A stretch of 64,000 nucleotides of DNA from positions 2,112,001 to 2,176,000 of the forward strand of contig OY970364.1 of the NCBI GenBank assembly GCA_963718565.1, written 5' to 3'. Position numbers and translations under genes: made by a program. Below, one piece after another: positions 41,363 through 51,613 of the stretch. The notes beneath the pieces are model-generated. The model did no database searches. It saw nothing but the letters and a program-made list of their open reading frames with translations, and was not told the origin of the DNA. This stretch comes from an uncultured Verrucomicrobiae bacterium. GTDB taxonomy: Bacteria; Chlamydiota; Chlamydiia; Chlamydiales; Rhabdochlamydiaceae. The first letter of the stretch is position 1, and each line of letters starts with the position of its first letter.

Positions 41363-42189
41363 AGATCATTTTCTGCGATAACCATATTCTCGTTGTCTCC
41401 AAGCCCGCCGGTATCAGTACCCAGCCCCATGAAGCAGATAGAGGGAATTGCAAAACTCCTCGCCAGCAGAAAATCGATGATTTTGGCACCTGTTGCCAGA
41501 ACCCGCACAGCGGGTTCGGTTGGCGGCGGCGAAAGCATACTTGGATAAGTAGGAGAGCCGCCGCCAAGGCGACAGGTGCCAAAAGCGCGATTTTATGCGG
41601 CGAGGAGTCTTGCAATTCCCTCGATAACTTGCTCGATCAAGCTAAGGCCTGGCTTAAGAAACAATTTCAAAAGAATGGCCATGTTTTCCTCGAACCCATC
41701 CACCGGTTAGACAAACCCGTGAGCGGTCTTGTGCTTTTCGCAAGGACAAGCAAAGCATTGTCGCGTCTTCAAGAGATGATGCGCCAGCGCAAGATCGAAA
41801 AAACTTATTTCGCTTGGATCGAAGGAGTATTGCCCCAAGAAGGCACATTGGAACATTATTTGGTTCACGATGAATATCGTGCACGAGTTGTCGATAGATC
41901 TCACCCAAAGGGGAAGCTTGCCCGTTTACGCTATTTTCAGATCGAAAAATCTCTTGTTGAAATTCACTTGGAAACAGGCCGCTATCATCAGATCCGTGCG
42001 CAATTTGCTTATATTGGCTGTCCTATTGTTGGCGATCAAAAGTATGGAAGTACCCTTCAGTGGAAAAAAAAGGAGGGAATTGCTCTGCACCATGGACGGT
42101 TGAAATTTTTGCATCCTGTCACAAAGTCAGACATCTGTTTTGAGTCTTTAGAACCTTCATCTTTCGGAATGGACCGGCCGATTTTTTAA
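41359..42189 (+). CDS. RluA-family pseudouridine synthase with a 62-codon in-frame element insertion
   Basis: SKPAG, HRLDKPVSG (catalytic Asp), TGRYHQIR, PIVGDQKYG. Confidence 0.93.
   Translation: MKIIFCDNHILVVSKPAGISTQPHEADRGNCKTPRQQKIDDFGTCCQNPHSGFGWRRRKHTWISRRAAAKATGAKSAILCGEESCNSLDNLLDQAKAWLKKQFQKNGHVFLEPIHRLDKPVSGLVLFARTSKALSRLQEMMRQRKIEKTYFAWIEGVLPQEGTLEHYLVHDEYRARVVDRSHPKGKLARLRYFQIEKSLVEIHLETGRYHQIRAQFAYIGCPIVGDQKYGSTLQWKKKEGIALHHGRLKFLHPVTKSDICFESLEPSSFGMDRPIF
41441..41622. mobile_element. Family A element (182 bp) inserted in frame
   Basis: Both TIRs present; TSD GATA/GATA; 182+4=186 bp. Confidence 0.95.
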
Positions 42190-43677
42190 CAATTTCCAGG
42201 CAATAACGATGCCGACAAGAGCAAGCAGTGCAGCACTTAAATTGATACTTAAGAAGGCATCGAGGAATGCATTTTTAGCGGATTGAAAAACATAGAGTGC
42301 GTCACCAGGCCGTAAACGGTCCATGTTGTGCATCGCTTTCGGAGATTTTGACAATAGCCCCTCAAACTCTTCAGGTGTCAATGACATTGTTGTTTCTTTT
42401 GCATGAAGAAATTGTCCCAATTTTTTAAAGGAGATCGAAGAATAAACAGTGCCGAATAGAGCAAGGCCGAGCGTTGAGCTGAATTGGCGCAATGCTGAAG
42501 TGATCCCAGAAGCAACACCTCTCTTTTCCGCAGAAACCTCGTTCATCATCCCTACGTAGCTAGGAGTAAAGATCATGCTCACGCCACATCCAAAGGTGAG
42601 CAGAGTAGGTAGAAGTAGCCAAATATTTTCCTGCTTCATAAACAGCGTAAACCAACTTAAAGAAAAGCAACCCAGTCCAAAACCAATCATGACGGGAATT
42701 CGCGGGCCGAATCGATCCACTAAAAAACCGCCTAGGGGCGCAGCAAATAACACGGGAAGGTTGGCCATAAACGCATAAACGCCCGCCTTTGAAGGGGAAA
42801 ATCCTAAAATATTTTGAAAATAGATCGCCCAAAAGACTGTGACCATGATGATCAGTTGATTGCAAAAAATACAACTGGAACTGGCGATAAATGACCTTGC
42901 TTTCATCAGCTCAAAGTCCAATATCGAAGCGTGAGGTTTATGTTTGCGTTTAAAAAGGATAGTGAGAGAGGAAATGCCGATCAGAAATAAGAGCAGGCAG
43001 CGCAGCGAATTCCAGCCCCATTGTTGGACTTGCATCAATCCAAAAACAAGGGAGATAATACCGATAGCAAGAATGAAAAAACCTCGAAAATCAAACGGTT
43101 CTTTTTTCCCTGTCGTCGCCGGGACGCTGAAAGAAGCCATGACTAATCCCAAAATCGCGATGGGAATATTGATCCAAAAAACATAGAGCCAACTTAAATA
43201 CGTAGTCAAGGCTCCGCCGATCAAGGGGCCCAGTGCGAGAAAAATAGACCCAATGCTGACAAATAATCCGAGAGCTTTTCCGCGTTGATTAGGAGGGAAA
43301 TGAGAGACGATGATTCCTTGTGTCGCTGGGAGTAGGAAAGCACCGCCAACCCCTTGGAGACCCCGGCTCATAATCAACCACCATTCCGCACGGCTCAGTC
43401 CGCACATTGCCGATGCAAGGGCGAACACGGCTATTCCTAAACAAAAGGCTTTTTTTAGCCCCCACATATCGCCAAGCTTACCTCCGGCCAAGACCAGAAC
43501 AGCTAAGACAAGTGTGTAAGCGTTAATCACCCATTGCAATCCGATGTCCGAAATCAACAGCTCCCGTTGCAATGTGGGCAAAACTACCGGCAGCACGGTG
43601 ATATCGACGAAGATCATTGAAATCGTCGTCGTCATCGCCGCTAAGATCCACCACTTTCGATTTTTTTCAGTGATCAT
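42157..43677 (-). CDS. MFS transporter, DHA2/EmrB-QacA type
   Basis: GKLGDMWG, RGLQGVGGA, GPLIGG; about 14 hydrophobic segments. Confidence 0.9.
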   Translation of the reverse strand: MITEKNRKWWILAAMTTTISMIFVDITVLPVVLPTLQRELLISDIGLQWVINAYTLVLAVLVLAGGKLGDMWGLKKAFCLGIAVFALASAMCGLSRAEWWLIMSRGLQGVGGAFLLPATQGIIVSHFPPNQRGKALGLFVSIGSIFLALGPLIGGALTTYLSWLYVFWINIPIAILGLVMASFSVPATTGKKEPFDFRGFFILAIGIISLVFGLMQVQQWGWNSLRCLLLFLIGISSLTILFKRKHKPHASILDFELMKARSFIASSSCIFCNQLIIMVTVFWAIYFQNILGFSPSKAGVYAFMANLPVLFAAPLGGFLVDRFGPRIPVMIGFGLGCFSLSWFTLFMKQENIWLLLPTLLTFGCGVSMIFTPSYVGMMNEVSAEKRGVASGITSALRQFSSTLGLALFGTVYSSISFKKLGQFLHAKETTMSLTPEEFEGLLSKSPKAMHNMDRLRPGDALYVFQSAKNAFLDAFLSINLSAALLALVGIVIAWKLLKNRPVHSER

Positions 43678-43679
43678 TT

Positions 43680-44690
43680 TTAAAGTTGTCTCAAGATGAG
43701 TTCAGCAATTTGGACGGCGTTAAGAGCAGCTCCTTTGAGCAGCTGGTCACCGACGACCCATAGGTCCAATGTATTGGGAAAGGAAAGGTCTTTACGAATG
43801 CGTCCGCAAAGAACATGGTCTTGTCCGCTTGCATCTGATGGCATAGGGAAACGATTATTCTTGCGATCTTCGAGAATGGTCAGCCCTGGAGCTTCTTTGA
43901 GAACAGCATAAGCATCTTCAACGTTGACAGATTGACTGAAGGTAATATTGAGCGCCTCGGAATGAGCTCTCAGGACAGGAACGCGCACGCAGGTCGCATT
44001 GACCCAGATTTGATCATCTTCTAAAATTTTGCGCGTTTCATACAGCATTTTAAGTTCCTCTTCGACATAACCGGTTTCGTCCAAGGGGGAATGATGAGGA
44101 AATAAATTAAAAGCGTAAGGATAAGGCATCACCGTACGGACATAAGGACGCTTTTTAAGATGGGCCAAAGTCTCTTCTTCGAGTTCTTTCATCGCTTGAA
44201 ACCCGGCGCCGCTTGCTGCCTGATAGGTCGCCGCAACGATCCGCACGATTTTAAAGCGTCGATGCAATGGCGCGATTGCCATAAGCATGATTGCTGCACT
44301 GCAATTCGGAGAAGAAACAAGAAAATGATCTTCTCGAAGCACATGGGGGTTAATCTCAGGAATCACTAAGGGAACATCGGCGTCCATGCGAAAAGCTGAG
44401 CTGTTATCTATCACCCTGATTCCGCGTTTGATCGCTTGTGGAGCCCATTCACGTGCTACTTTATGTCCTGCGGAGAAAATGGCCATGTCAATATCTTCCA
44501 ACGCCTGCTCTGTCAGAACTTGGACGGAGATCGATTTTCCCCGGAAGACCATTTTTTTATCGATGGAACGAGCAGAGGCGAAGAGGCGCAATTCTTCAAT
44601 GGGAAATTTTCGCTTTTCAAGGACACGGAGCAATTCTTTGCCGACAGCACCCGTTGCTCCAACAATGGCTAATTTGATAGGTTTGTCCAC
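43680..44690 (-). CDS. asd: Aspartate-semialdehyde dehydrogenase
   Basis: GATGAVG, DNSSAFRM, SPNCS, CVRVPV, KGAALNAVQIAE. Confidence 0.96.
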   Translation of the reverse strand: MDKPIKLAIVGATGAVGKELLRVLEKRKFPIEELRLFASARSIDKKMVFRGKSISVQVLTEQALEDIDMAIFSAGHKVAREWAPQAIKRGIRVIDNSSAFRMDADVPLVIPEINPHVLREDHFLVSSPNCSAAIMLMAIAPLHRRFKIVRIVAATYQAASGAGFQAMKELEEETLAHLKKRPYVRTVMPYPYAFNLFPHHSPLDETGYVEEELKMLYETRKILEDDQIWVNATCVRVPVLRAHSEALNITFSQSVNVEDAYAVLKEAPGLTILEDRKNNRFPMPSDASGQDHVLCGRIRKDLSFPNTLDLWVVGDQLLKGAALNAVQIAELILRQL

Positions 44691-44754
44691 AGGATTTGAT
44701 CAGTAGTCAAGGTTGGGTAGAAAGTACATCTAACAGTAGGATTAAAGCAATAAA

Positions 44755-44898
44755 AACCTGAATAGAGGATTCTATATTAGGCCAATCTTTCAGGAGCCGT
44801 GTCAGGGATAAGTAAGGACTTTTATTTTCATAAAAAAGAGATCTTGACTTCTGCTGAGCTGGAGCTCAGCAGATCCATGGAAATCCATTATTCAGGTT
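44755..44898. repeat. Possible degenerate miniature IR element
   Basis: AACCTGAATA..GGATT / AATCC..TATTCAGGTT ends; internal hairpin CTGCTGAGCT-GG-AGCTCAGCAG. Confidence 0.5.
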
Positions 44899-44990
44899 AA
44901 AAATTGTTGCTTAAGCACTGGACTTTGGACTAAAATGCTTTAGAATCGGAATGGAGCACAACGCAATAAATACTTAAGCGGACTTGACTT

Positions 44991-45596
44991 ATGCGGCATG
45001 AGATTGAAAATGCGATCGCGAATGTGATTCGCGCTGCAGAATTTTTACAAGAGCCCAGTTCTATTGATTTCATGGAAACATCGAGCGCATGGATAGCGGA
45101 GTGTTTTCAGTCGGAAAATAAACTTCTCATTGCAGGCAATGGAGGGAGTTTGTGCGATGCCATGCATTTTGCCGAAGAGTTGACAGGAATATTTCGCGCC
45201 CAGAGAAAAGCTCTCCCTGCCATCGTGTTGTCCGAACCAGGGCATATTACTTGCATTGGCAATGATCTCGGGTTTGATGAAGTATTTTCGCGAGGGATTG
45301 AAGCATTTGGACGATCTGGCGATATCGTCATTCTTTTAACCACTAGCGGGAATTCCGCTAACATCGTCAAAGCGGCAGAGTACGCAAAACAACAACAGCT
45401 AAAGACAATTGCTTTTTTGGGAAAAACCGGAGGTAGGTTGCGCGGAAAGTGCGATCTGGAATGGATTGTTCCTGGCTTTGGTTATTCCGACAGAATTCAA
45501 GAAGTACATATGGCTGCTATCCATATTATTATTGAAATTGTTGAGAAAATTCTTTTCCCCTTTCCCGCTCCGCTTGAATTAACTTCTGGAGTTTAG
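44991..45596 (+). CDS. gmhA: Phosphoheptose isomerase
   Basis: GNGGSLCDAMHFAEE, TSGNS, DRIQEVH. Confidence 0.93.
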   Translation: MRHEIENAIANVIRAAEFLQEPSSIDFMETSSAWIAECFQSENKLLIAGNGGSLCDAMHFAEELTGIFRAQRKALPAIVLSEPGHITCIGNDLGFDEVFSRGIEAFGRSGDIVILLTTSGNSANIVKAAEYAKQQQLKTIAFLGKTGGRLRGKCDLEWIVPGFGYSDRIQEVHMAAIHIIIEIVEKILFPFPAPLELTSGV

Positions 45597-45602
45597 ACTA
45601 AT

Positions 45603-46664
45603 ATGGATTTTGAGCGCAAGCTTCTGGAAATTATTCGCGGAGAAAAAAAAGCCCCTCTGATTAAAGGCTGTCTTGCTGGTTTAAGTACAATCTATCGGTC
45701 TGTGATCGGTGCCAGAAATTTTGCCTATGATCGTGGATGGTTTTCCTCTATCCAATTGCCCGTTGTCGTCGTCAGCGTGGGAAATCTTGTTGTAGGAGGT
45801 ACAGGCAAAACGCCTTTTGTGCATCTGCTCGCCTCTCAATTACAACACACAGTACGGCTAGCCATTTTAACAAGAGGGTTCCGTTCGCACATCGAAAAGT
45901 CAAGAAGGATTCAAAAAATTTCTTCAGAAAATGGCCCGATTTTTTCCGCCCAGGAATGCGGGGATGAACCCTATCTTCTAGCGCAAAAGACCAAGGCTTC
46001 TATTTGGGTGGGAGCAAATAGGGTCGCATCGGGACAGCTTGCGATCAAAGAAGGGGCACAATGCCTTTTGCTCGACGACGGCATGCAGCATCGCCGCCTC
46101 AAGCGCGATTTTGAGATCGTCATGTTGGATGGGATGGACCCAATTTCCAAAGAAAGATTTTTGCCTTGGGGGCTGCTTCGAGACTCCCCAAAACGATTAC
46201 GCTCTGCCGATCTGATTGTTTTGACACATGTCAAAGATCACACACACTATCAACACCTGAAAAAACAACTGCAGCGTTATACGTGTGCCCCAGTTATAGC
46301 CACTCAAATTGAAGTGCAGAACAAAAAAGCTGTTTTACCCCGTAGGGTTGCTGTTTTTTGTGGCATAGGTACGCCCGCTCGCTTTCTACAGGCCGTGCGT
46401 GACTTAAAATCGGAAATCGTCGACACTCTCATTCTCAGAGACCATGAATCTTTACAAAACAAGCAGCTGAAAAAATTTGCAGAAAATTGCCAAGGAAAGG
46501 GAGCCGAGGTCCTTCTGTGCACTGAAAAAGATTTTGTCAAATTGCCTCCCGATGCTTCCTCCTGTCTGAAAATTGAACCGATCGCGATTCGATTAAAGAT
46601 CATAGCGGGCACAGAGCATTGGGAAACACTCATTAAAAACATTTTGGATAGGATTGTCACATGA
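45603..46664 (+). CDS. lpxK: Tetraacyldisaccharide 4'-kinase
   Basis: VGNLVVGGTGKTP, GDEP, LDDGMQH, CTEKD. Confidence 0.95.
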   Translation: MDFERKLLEIIRGEKKAPLIKGCLAGLSTIYRSVIGARNFAYDRGWFSSIQLPVVVVSVGNLVVGGTGKTPFVHLLASQLQHTVRLAILTRGFRSHIEKSRRIQKISSENGPIFSAQECGDEPYLLAQKTKASIWVGANRVASGQLAIKEGAQCLLLDDGMQHRRLKRDFEIVMLDGMDPISKERFLPWGLLRDSPKRLRSADLIVLTHVKDHTHYQHLKKQLQRYTCAPVIATQIEVQNKKAVLPRRVAVFCGIGTPARFLQAVRDLKSEIVDTLILRDHESLQNKQLKKFAENCQGKGAEVLLCTEKDFVKLPPDASSCLKIEPIAIRLKIIAGTEHWETLIKNILDRIVT

Positions 46665-47884
46665 GCGAAGATATCAAAGTACTATTGCCCAAATTGGGAG
46701 AGAGCATCCACAGTGCGACAATCGTTCAGTGGTTTAAAAAGGTTGGCGACAATGTCAATCTCGATGAGCCTCTCTTAGAAGTCTCAACAGACAAAGTCAA
46801 TAGTGAAATTCCCTCGCCAGCTGCGGGTATTCTCAAAGAAATCCATGCCAATCCTGATCAAGAATTGCAAGTCGGCGAGCTCATCGCCGTCATTGGCCTA
46901 AACACAGCTTCTTCCGCACGAGAAGAAGTGCGCGGCAGGACCCAGACAGCATCTGTGGCACCCTCCAGTATGGGAGGTCAAGAAATGAAAGATTTTTTCT
47001 CTCCGGCCCTGCTCCGCTTGGCCAGTGAAAAAGGAATTGGACTGCAAGAATTAGAAAAAATCCCTGGCACGGGAATGGGCGGAAGACTGACTAAACAAGA
47101 TCTGGAAGGATACCTCGAAAAACGCTTAGCCTCGACAAAACCTTGCCCCATGGCAGCAAAAGCTGTTGCGGCCCCCACGGGGATCACTGGATCAGATATC
47201 GAGCGTTTGAAAATGACGGGTATGCGCAAAGCGATCGCTGACAATCTAGTCCGTTCTTTCTATGAAGCTCCTCATGCGACATTAGTCACGGAAGTCGACG
47301 TCACATCGATTGTGGCTCTGATTCAGAAAGAAAAAGAAAAATTTTTAAATAAACATGGGTTTAAGCTCACAATCACCGCCTTCGTTGCTCATGCGATTGC
47401 TAAAGCCCTGCAAGAATACCCTTTGATCAACTCCTCTCTTGAAGGCGATACAATCCTTCTCAAACGCTATGTGAATTTGGGGATTGCTGTCAGCGTCGAG
47501 CAAGGGCTCGTCGTTCCCGTTGTTAAGCATTGTCAGCAATTAGGAATCACAGCGATTGCAAAAACGATCAGCGAATTATCCGCAAAAGCGCGCACTAGCA
47601 AATTAAGCCCCGACGACGTCAATGAGGGGACGATCACATTGACAAATTTTGGAATGACCGGAGTACAGATCGGTATTCCGATCATTCGTTATCCCGAGGT
47701 GGCCATTGTCGGCATTGGAGCCACTTATAAAAAAGTTGTCCCTCTTGAAAATGATCTCTTGGCCATTCGTTCCATGGCTTATGTTTCGCTGACATTTGAC
47801 CACCGTGTGCTCGATGGAATGTACGGCTGTGGTTTTTTAAGCGCGCTGAAGAAACATCTCGAAGAAGATATGAAAATTGATTAA
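46661..47884 (+). CDS. 2-oxoacid dehydrogenase E2 (dihydrolipoamide acyltransferase)
   Basis: Lipoyl STDKV, E3-binding GTGMGGRLTKQD, FDHRVLDG. Confidence 0.92.
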   Translation: MSEDIKVLLPKLGESIHSATIVQWFKKVGDNVNLDEPLLEVSTDKVNSEIPSPAAGILKEIHANPDQELQVGELIAVIGLNTASSAREEVRGRTQTASVAPSSMGGQEMKDFFSPALLRLASEKGIGLQELEKIPGTGMGGRLTKQDLEGYLEKRLASTKPCPMAAKAVAAPTGITGSDIERLKMTGMRKAIADNLVRSFYEAPHATLVTEVDVTSIVALIQKEKEKFLNKHGFKLTITAFVAHAIAKALQEYPLINSSLEGDTILLKRYVNLGIAVSVEQGLVVPVVKHCQQLGITAIAKTISELSAKARTSKLSPDDVNEGTITLTNFGMTGVQIGIPIIRYPEVAIVGIGATYKKVVPLENDLLAIRSMAYVSLTFDHRVLDGMYGCGFLSALKKHLEEDMKID

Positions 47885-47889
47885 TTATC

Positions 47890-47910
47890 GAGGAGTTTTG
47901 CAATCCCCTC
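47890..47910. mobile_element. Family A collapsed copy (21 bp) at the icd stop codon
   Basis: GAGGAGTTTTGCAATCCCCTC with TSD TATC/TATC. Confidence 0.83.
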
Positions 47911-49358
47911 TATCCTTGCGCTGAAGAAAATCCAGGCTTGCCGTCGAAATGGTAAAGTTTCTCGATGCAAATGATATCGTAACCCATATTCTGCACTTCC
48001 TTCATCATTTTCAAGACCTCATCTTGAGTCACAAGAGTCGTTGTATCTGGATGCATAAAACGCAATCGCCATTGGTCAACGCAGAAAGTTTCAGGATGCC
48101 CTTCCGGCCAAACGCGCACACCGCGATTGGTAATCATCTGGAGTGAAAGCGGATGCCATTCTTTAGCCGCCGATAGTTTTAGAAAACTCTCCGCAGTGTC
48201 TTGGGAAAAGACGAAGATATCGACTCCAACGAGTTCTCTTTTTACAACTTGTGGCACAGAAACTGGGTGAAGAGCGATGATTTTTTTTGAAGTGTGATAG
48301 GAGATCGCAGGTAAATCCTGGGGTTTTTCTCCAAGATTTTTTACAACAGCATGAGCAAATTCTTTTGTTCCCACCTTTTCCTTGCTCAATCCCTCTTTGA
48401 AGATATCATAGGTATGGATTCCTTCTTCGATTGTGCGCAGCCAGGCATTGTGAATGCGTTCGGCTACAATCGACTCCTCGAGATAGACGAGCATCATCAC
48501 GCTGGCCAAAAGGAGGCCTGAAGGGTTCGCGAGATTTTGTCCAGCGCGTCTTGGGGCAGAACCATGGATCGCTTCGAACATCGCACCGCGATTGCCGATA
48601 TTGGCCGAGCCCGCGATTCCCACGGAACCAGAAATCTGTGCGGCCACATCAGAGAGAATATCCCCGTAGAGATTCGGCATCACGATCACGTCAAAGATTT
48701 CAGGGGTATCGGCAAGTTTGGCTGCGCCAATATCCACGATCCAATGTTCATTGGCAATGTCAGGGTATTCTTTGGCAATCTCATCAAAGACCTTGTGGAA
48801 TAGGCCATCGGAGATTTTCATAATGTTATCTTTGCTGAAGCAGGTCACTTTTTTGCGATGGTATTGGCGAGCGTATTCAAAAGCATAGCGAACGATTTTT
48901 TCCGAACCTGGTCGAGAGATCAACTTCAAAGATTTATAAACATCAGGAGTTTGCCGGTATTCGATTCCCGCGTAAAGATCTTCTTCATTCTCTCTAATAA
49001 TGACGACATTCATCCCAGGATGTTTGGTATCGACAAAAGGCGCATATGCCACACAGGGCCGCACGTTGGCATAAAGCCCCATCGTTGTTCGGACCGTGAC
49101 ATTTAAACTTTTGAATCCACCTCCTTGAGGAGTGGTGATCGGAGCTTTAAGAAAGGCCTTAGTGTTTCGGATAATTTCCCAGGATTGAGGCTCAATTCCG
49201 GTTAACACTCCTTTCGAATAAAGTTTTTCTCCGATTTCAATCCTATGGAGTTCTAAAGGCGCCCCCGCTTTATCCAAGATTTGCAAGGTTGCGGTCATGA
49301 TTTCCGGACCGATTCCATCTCCGTAGGCGACTGCAATAGGAATTTTGGCTTGGGACAT
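47910..49358 (-). CDS. icd: Isocitrate dehydrogenase (NADP)
   Basis: GDGIGPEI, KAPITTP, RENEEDLY, KDNIMK, NLYGDILSD, EAIHGSAP. Confidence 0.93.
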   Translation of the reverse strand: MSQAKIPIAVAYGDGIGPEIMTATLQILDKAGAPLELHRIEIGEKLYSKGVLTGIEPQSWEIIRNTKAFLKAPITTPQGGGFKSLNVTVRTTMGLYANVRPCVAYAPFVDTKHPGMNVVIIRENEEDLYAGIEYRQTPDVYKSLKLISRPGSEKIVRYAFEYARQYHRKKVTCFSKDNIMKISDGLFHKVFDEIAKEYPDIANEHWIVDIGAAKLADTPEIFDVIVMPNLYGDILSDVAAQISGSVGIAGSANIGNRGAMFEAIHGSAPRRAGQNLANPSGLLLASVMMLVYLEESIVAERIHNAWLRTIEEGIHTYDIFKEGLSKEKVGTKEFAHAVVKNLGEKPQDLPAISYHTSKKIIALHPVSVPQVVKRELVGVDIFVFSQDTAESFLKLSAAKEWHPLSLQMITNRGVRVWPEGHPETFCVDQWRLRFMHPDTTTLVTQDEVLKMMKEVQNMGYDIICIEKLYHFDGKPGFSSAQG

Positions 49359-49494
49359 GCTCTCACTCTGTAAGTTTAACATTAGGTTTTAAATTTTTTT
49401 TTGGAAGAGTTCAAGTAAAAACCTACTCTCCAGGGAGTGCGCAAAAACAGGGGATCACTTATACTGATAGGCAAACCATAAAATTGTTTTTAAC

Positions 49495-50454
49495 ATGCTT
49501 CTGGAACTCCTCAAAGAACAGCGTCGCTACCTCGACCATTATTTCGATCGTCTTGATTTGACGGAAGTCGACAAAGCGGTCAAAGAATGCCTAAACACCA
49601 AAGGCCTCATCATCTTTACAGGTGTTGGTAAAAGCGGCATCATCGCGGAAAAAATTGCGATGACAATGATCTCTACAGGAACAAAAGCACTCTACCTGCC
49701 GCCGACGAATTTTCTACACGGCGATATGGGCATTCTTTCCGAAAATGATTTGTTCATCATGATGAGCCGAAGTGGGGAGACAGAAGAGCTGCTCGCCCTT
49801 ATTCCATTTGCCAAAAAACGCGGCGCGCGCTTGCTTGCAGTGGTTTCCAATTCTCATGGACGTCTTGCAAAACATTGCGATTTGTTCGTTCATCTTCCCT
49901 TTGAAAAAGAACTTTGTCCTTTTGATCTAGCGCCGACAACTTCCACAACAGTCCAGCTTCTTTTTGGTGATTTACTGGCAATTGCTCTCATGCGCTCTAA
50001 AGGGTTCGACCTATCCGCCTATGCACTCAATCATCCTTCGGGTGCGATCGGCAAAAAAATGTCGATTACCGTCGAGGAGCTCATGTTCAAAGATGATGAG
50101 TTACCGATTGTCCCCCCTGAAGTCTGTTTAAGCGAGGTTCTAGCCGAGCTCTCTAATAAGAAATTAGGTGCTCTCGTCGTTGCTGATGATCAGAAGAACT
50201 TTATCGGAATCTTTACTGACGGCGACTTGCGTCGAGCCCTGCAAAATCAGGGATCTGAAGTGTTGGAAAAACCGATGCGCGAGCTCATGACAGTCAATGC
50301 GCTGACGATTGAAAAAGGCAAACTTGCTTGGGAAGCGCTTAAAATCATGCAGAAAGACCCTAAAAAGTTTGTGATGGTTCTCCCCGTTGTCGAAAAAGGC
50401 AAGGCAGTTGGCATCTTGCGCATGCACGATATTGTTCAAGCAGGGATATCCTAA
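49495..50454 (+). CDS. kdsD: Arabinose-5-phosphate isomerase (KpsF/GutQ, SIS+CBS)
   Basis: TGVGKSG, HGDMG, APTTST, HPSGAIG, GIFTDGDLRR. Confidence 0.93.
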   Translation: MLLELLKEQRRYLDHYFDRLDLTEVDKAVKECLNTKGLIIFTGVGKSGIIAEKIAMTMISTGTKALYLPPTNFLHGDMGILSENDLFIMMSRSGETEELLALIPFAKKRGARLLAVVSNSHGRLAKHCDLFVHLPFEKELCPFDLAPTTSTTVQLLFGDLLAIALMRSKGFDLSAYALNHPSGAIGKKMSITVEELMFKDDELPIVPPEVCLSEVLAELSNKKLGALVVADDQKNFIGIFTDGDLRRALQNQGSEVLEKPMRELMTVNALTIEKGKLAWEALKIMQKDPKKFVMVLPVVEKGKAVGILRMHDIVQAGIS

Positions 50455-51032
50455 TGGACCTCTTTCTAACTCATCTGAGTTGGCAAGGAGGGGTTGTGTT
50501 AGGATTACTCTTCTTAAGCATTTTTCTCGCACAGGTGATCAAATCTTTTCCCAGAGATCTGACTTTTACTATCGTCGCTCTACTCACTCCGCTTTTCGGC
50601 GTTGTCTCCTCCAAAGAACTGTGCAATGCAGGCGTGAACCAGGTAATCCTCACAGTGCTCGGCTTATGGATGATGGGAAAAGCCTGTGAACACCAGGGGC
50701 TTTTTCATTTACTTAAGACTTGTCTCCATCGCTATTTTCCTACGTGGACTGCATCCAACTCCACACCCATGCGCGTGAAGTGGAAAACCTGGGTGACTCC
50801 CTCTCTTTTTTTAGGAGCCATCGCCGCCACTTTTTTTGCAGTCCCAGTAGGGACAGCTTTTTTCGCTGCGGGATTGCTTCTACTGCTCTTTCATCCATTT
50901 CCTATAAGGAAAGCTTTTCGCGAAGAATTTCCCTTGCCTTTGCTCCTGTGGATCTTTAGCGCATCCATTTTTTTTACAGCGATGCAAAATAGTGGATTAA
51001 GTTCATGGATTGCCTCATTGCTCTCGTTTTGA
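50454..51032 (+). CDS. Short membrane protein, possibly an internally deleted SLC13-like permease
   Basis: Hydrophobic ORF coupled to kdsD; family assignment tentative. Confidence 0.5.
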   Translation: MDLFLTHLSWQGGVVLGLLFLSIFLAQVIKSFPRDLTFTIVALLTPLFGVVSSKELCNAGVNQVILTVLGLWMMGKACEHQGLFHLLKTCLHRYFPTWTASNSTPMRVKWKTWVTPSLFLGAIAATFFAVPVGTAFFAAGLLLLLFHPFPIRKAFREEFPLPLLLWIFSASIFFTAMQNSGLSSWIASLLSF

Positions 51033-51613
51033 TTCTTTCATAGAGCACTTAAAGCTGGAGACGGAAAATAATCTTGCCTCACTCAGGGAACATGAGTCCC
51101 AATTCAACCCCTGTTTCAAAGCAACGGAGACGGTTGTAAACACTATTCTCAATGACCCACAATTTGACGCTTCCAAAGCATCGTTAATTTCACGCGGCTG
51201 GTTAGAAATTGCCAGAACAGGCCATGAAAGAATCGATGAGGCTTTTAATGCGTTGGTAGCGCAGCGGAAAGCCATTGACACTCCGGTACCCCCTCCTCAA
51301 AAGACATCGTTGATAGAGAAGCTGCGATTTGGCTTGGAACTCATTGGACGAGGCGTGAGCGAACCAGAACTTTTTGACCCCAACTTACCCGTATTGTCTA
51401 GTCGGACAGGAAAGTTTTTAGGTTCTTATGATTCATAAATATAAGAATAGCCCAAAATATGATGTAAAGTTTGCCTTTCGCCGTTTTGAACCTTTGCAGA
51501 TTGAACGCGTCAAAATTTGCAAAAATTGCCTCAAAATAAAATCTACGACAATCTACTATAAAATAAATCCAAAACTCAGATTATACCGAAAGTGATTCAA
51601 AAGAGGGAAAATT

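Noticed and set aside
51010..51438. 142-aa ORF between the membrane ORF and nhaD
   Set aside because: Non-ATG start overlapping the previous gene and no motif; may be real but cannot be supported.
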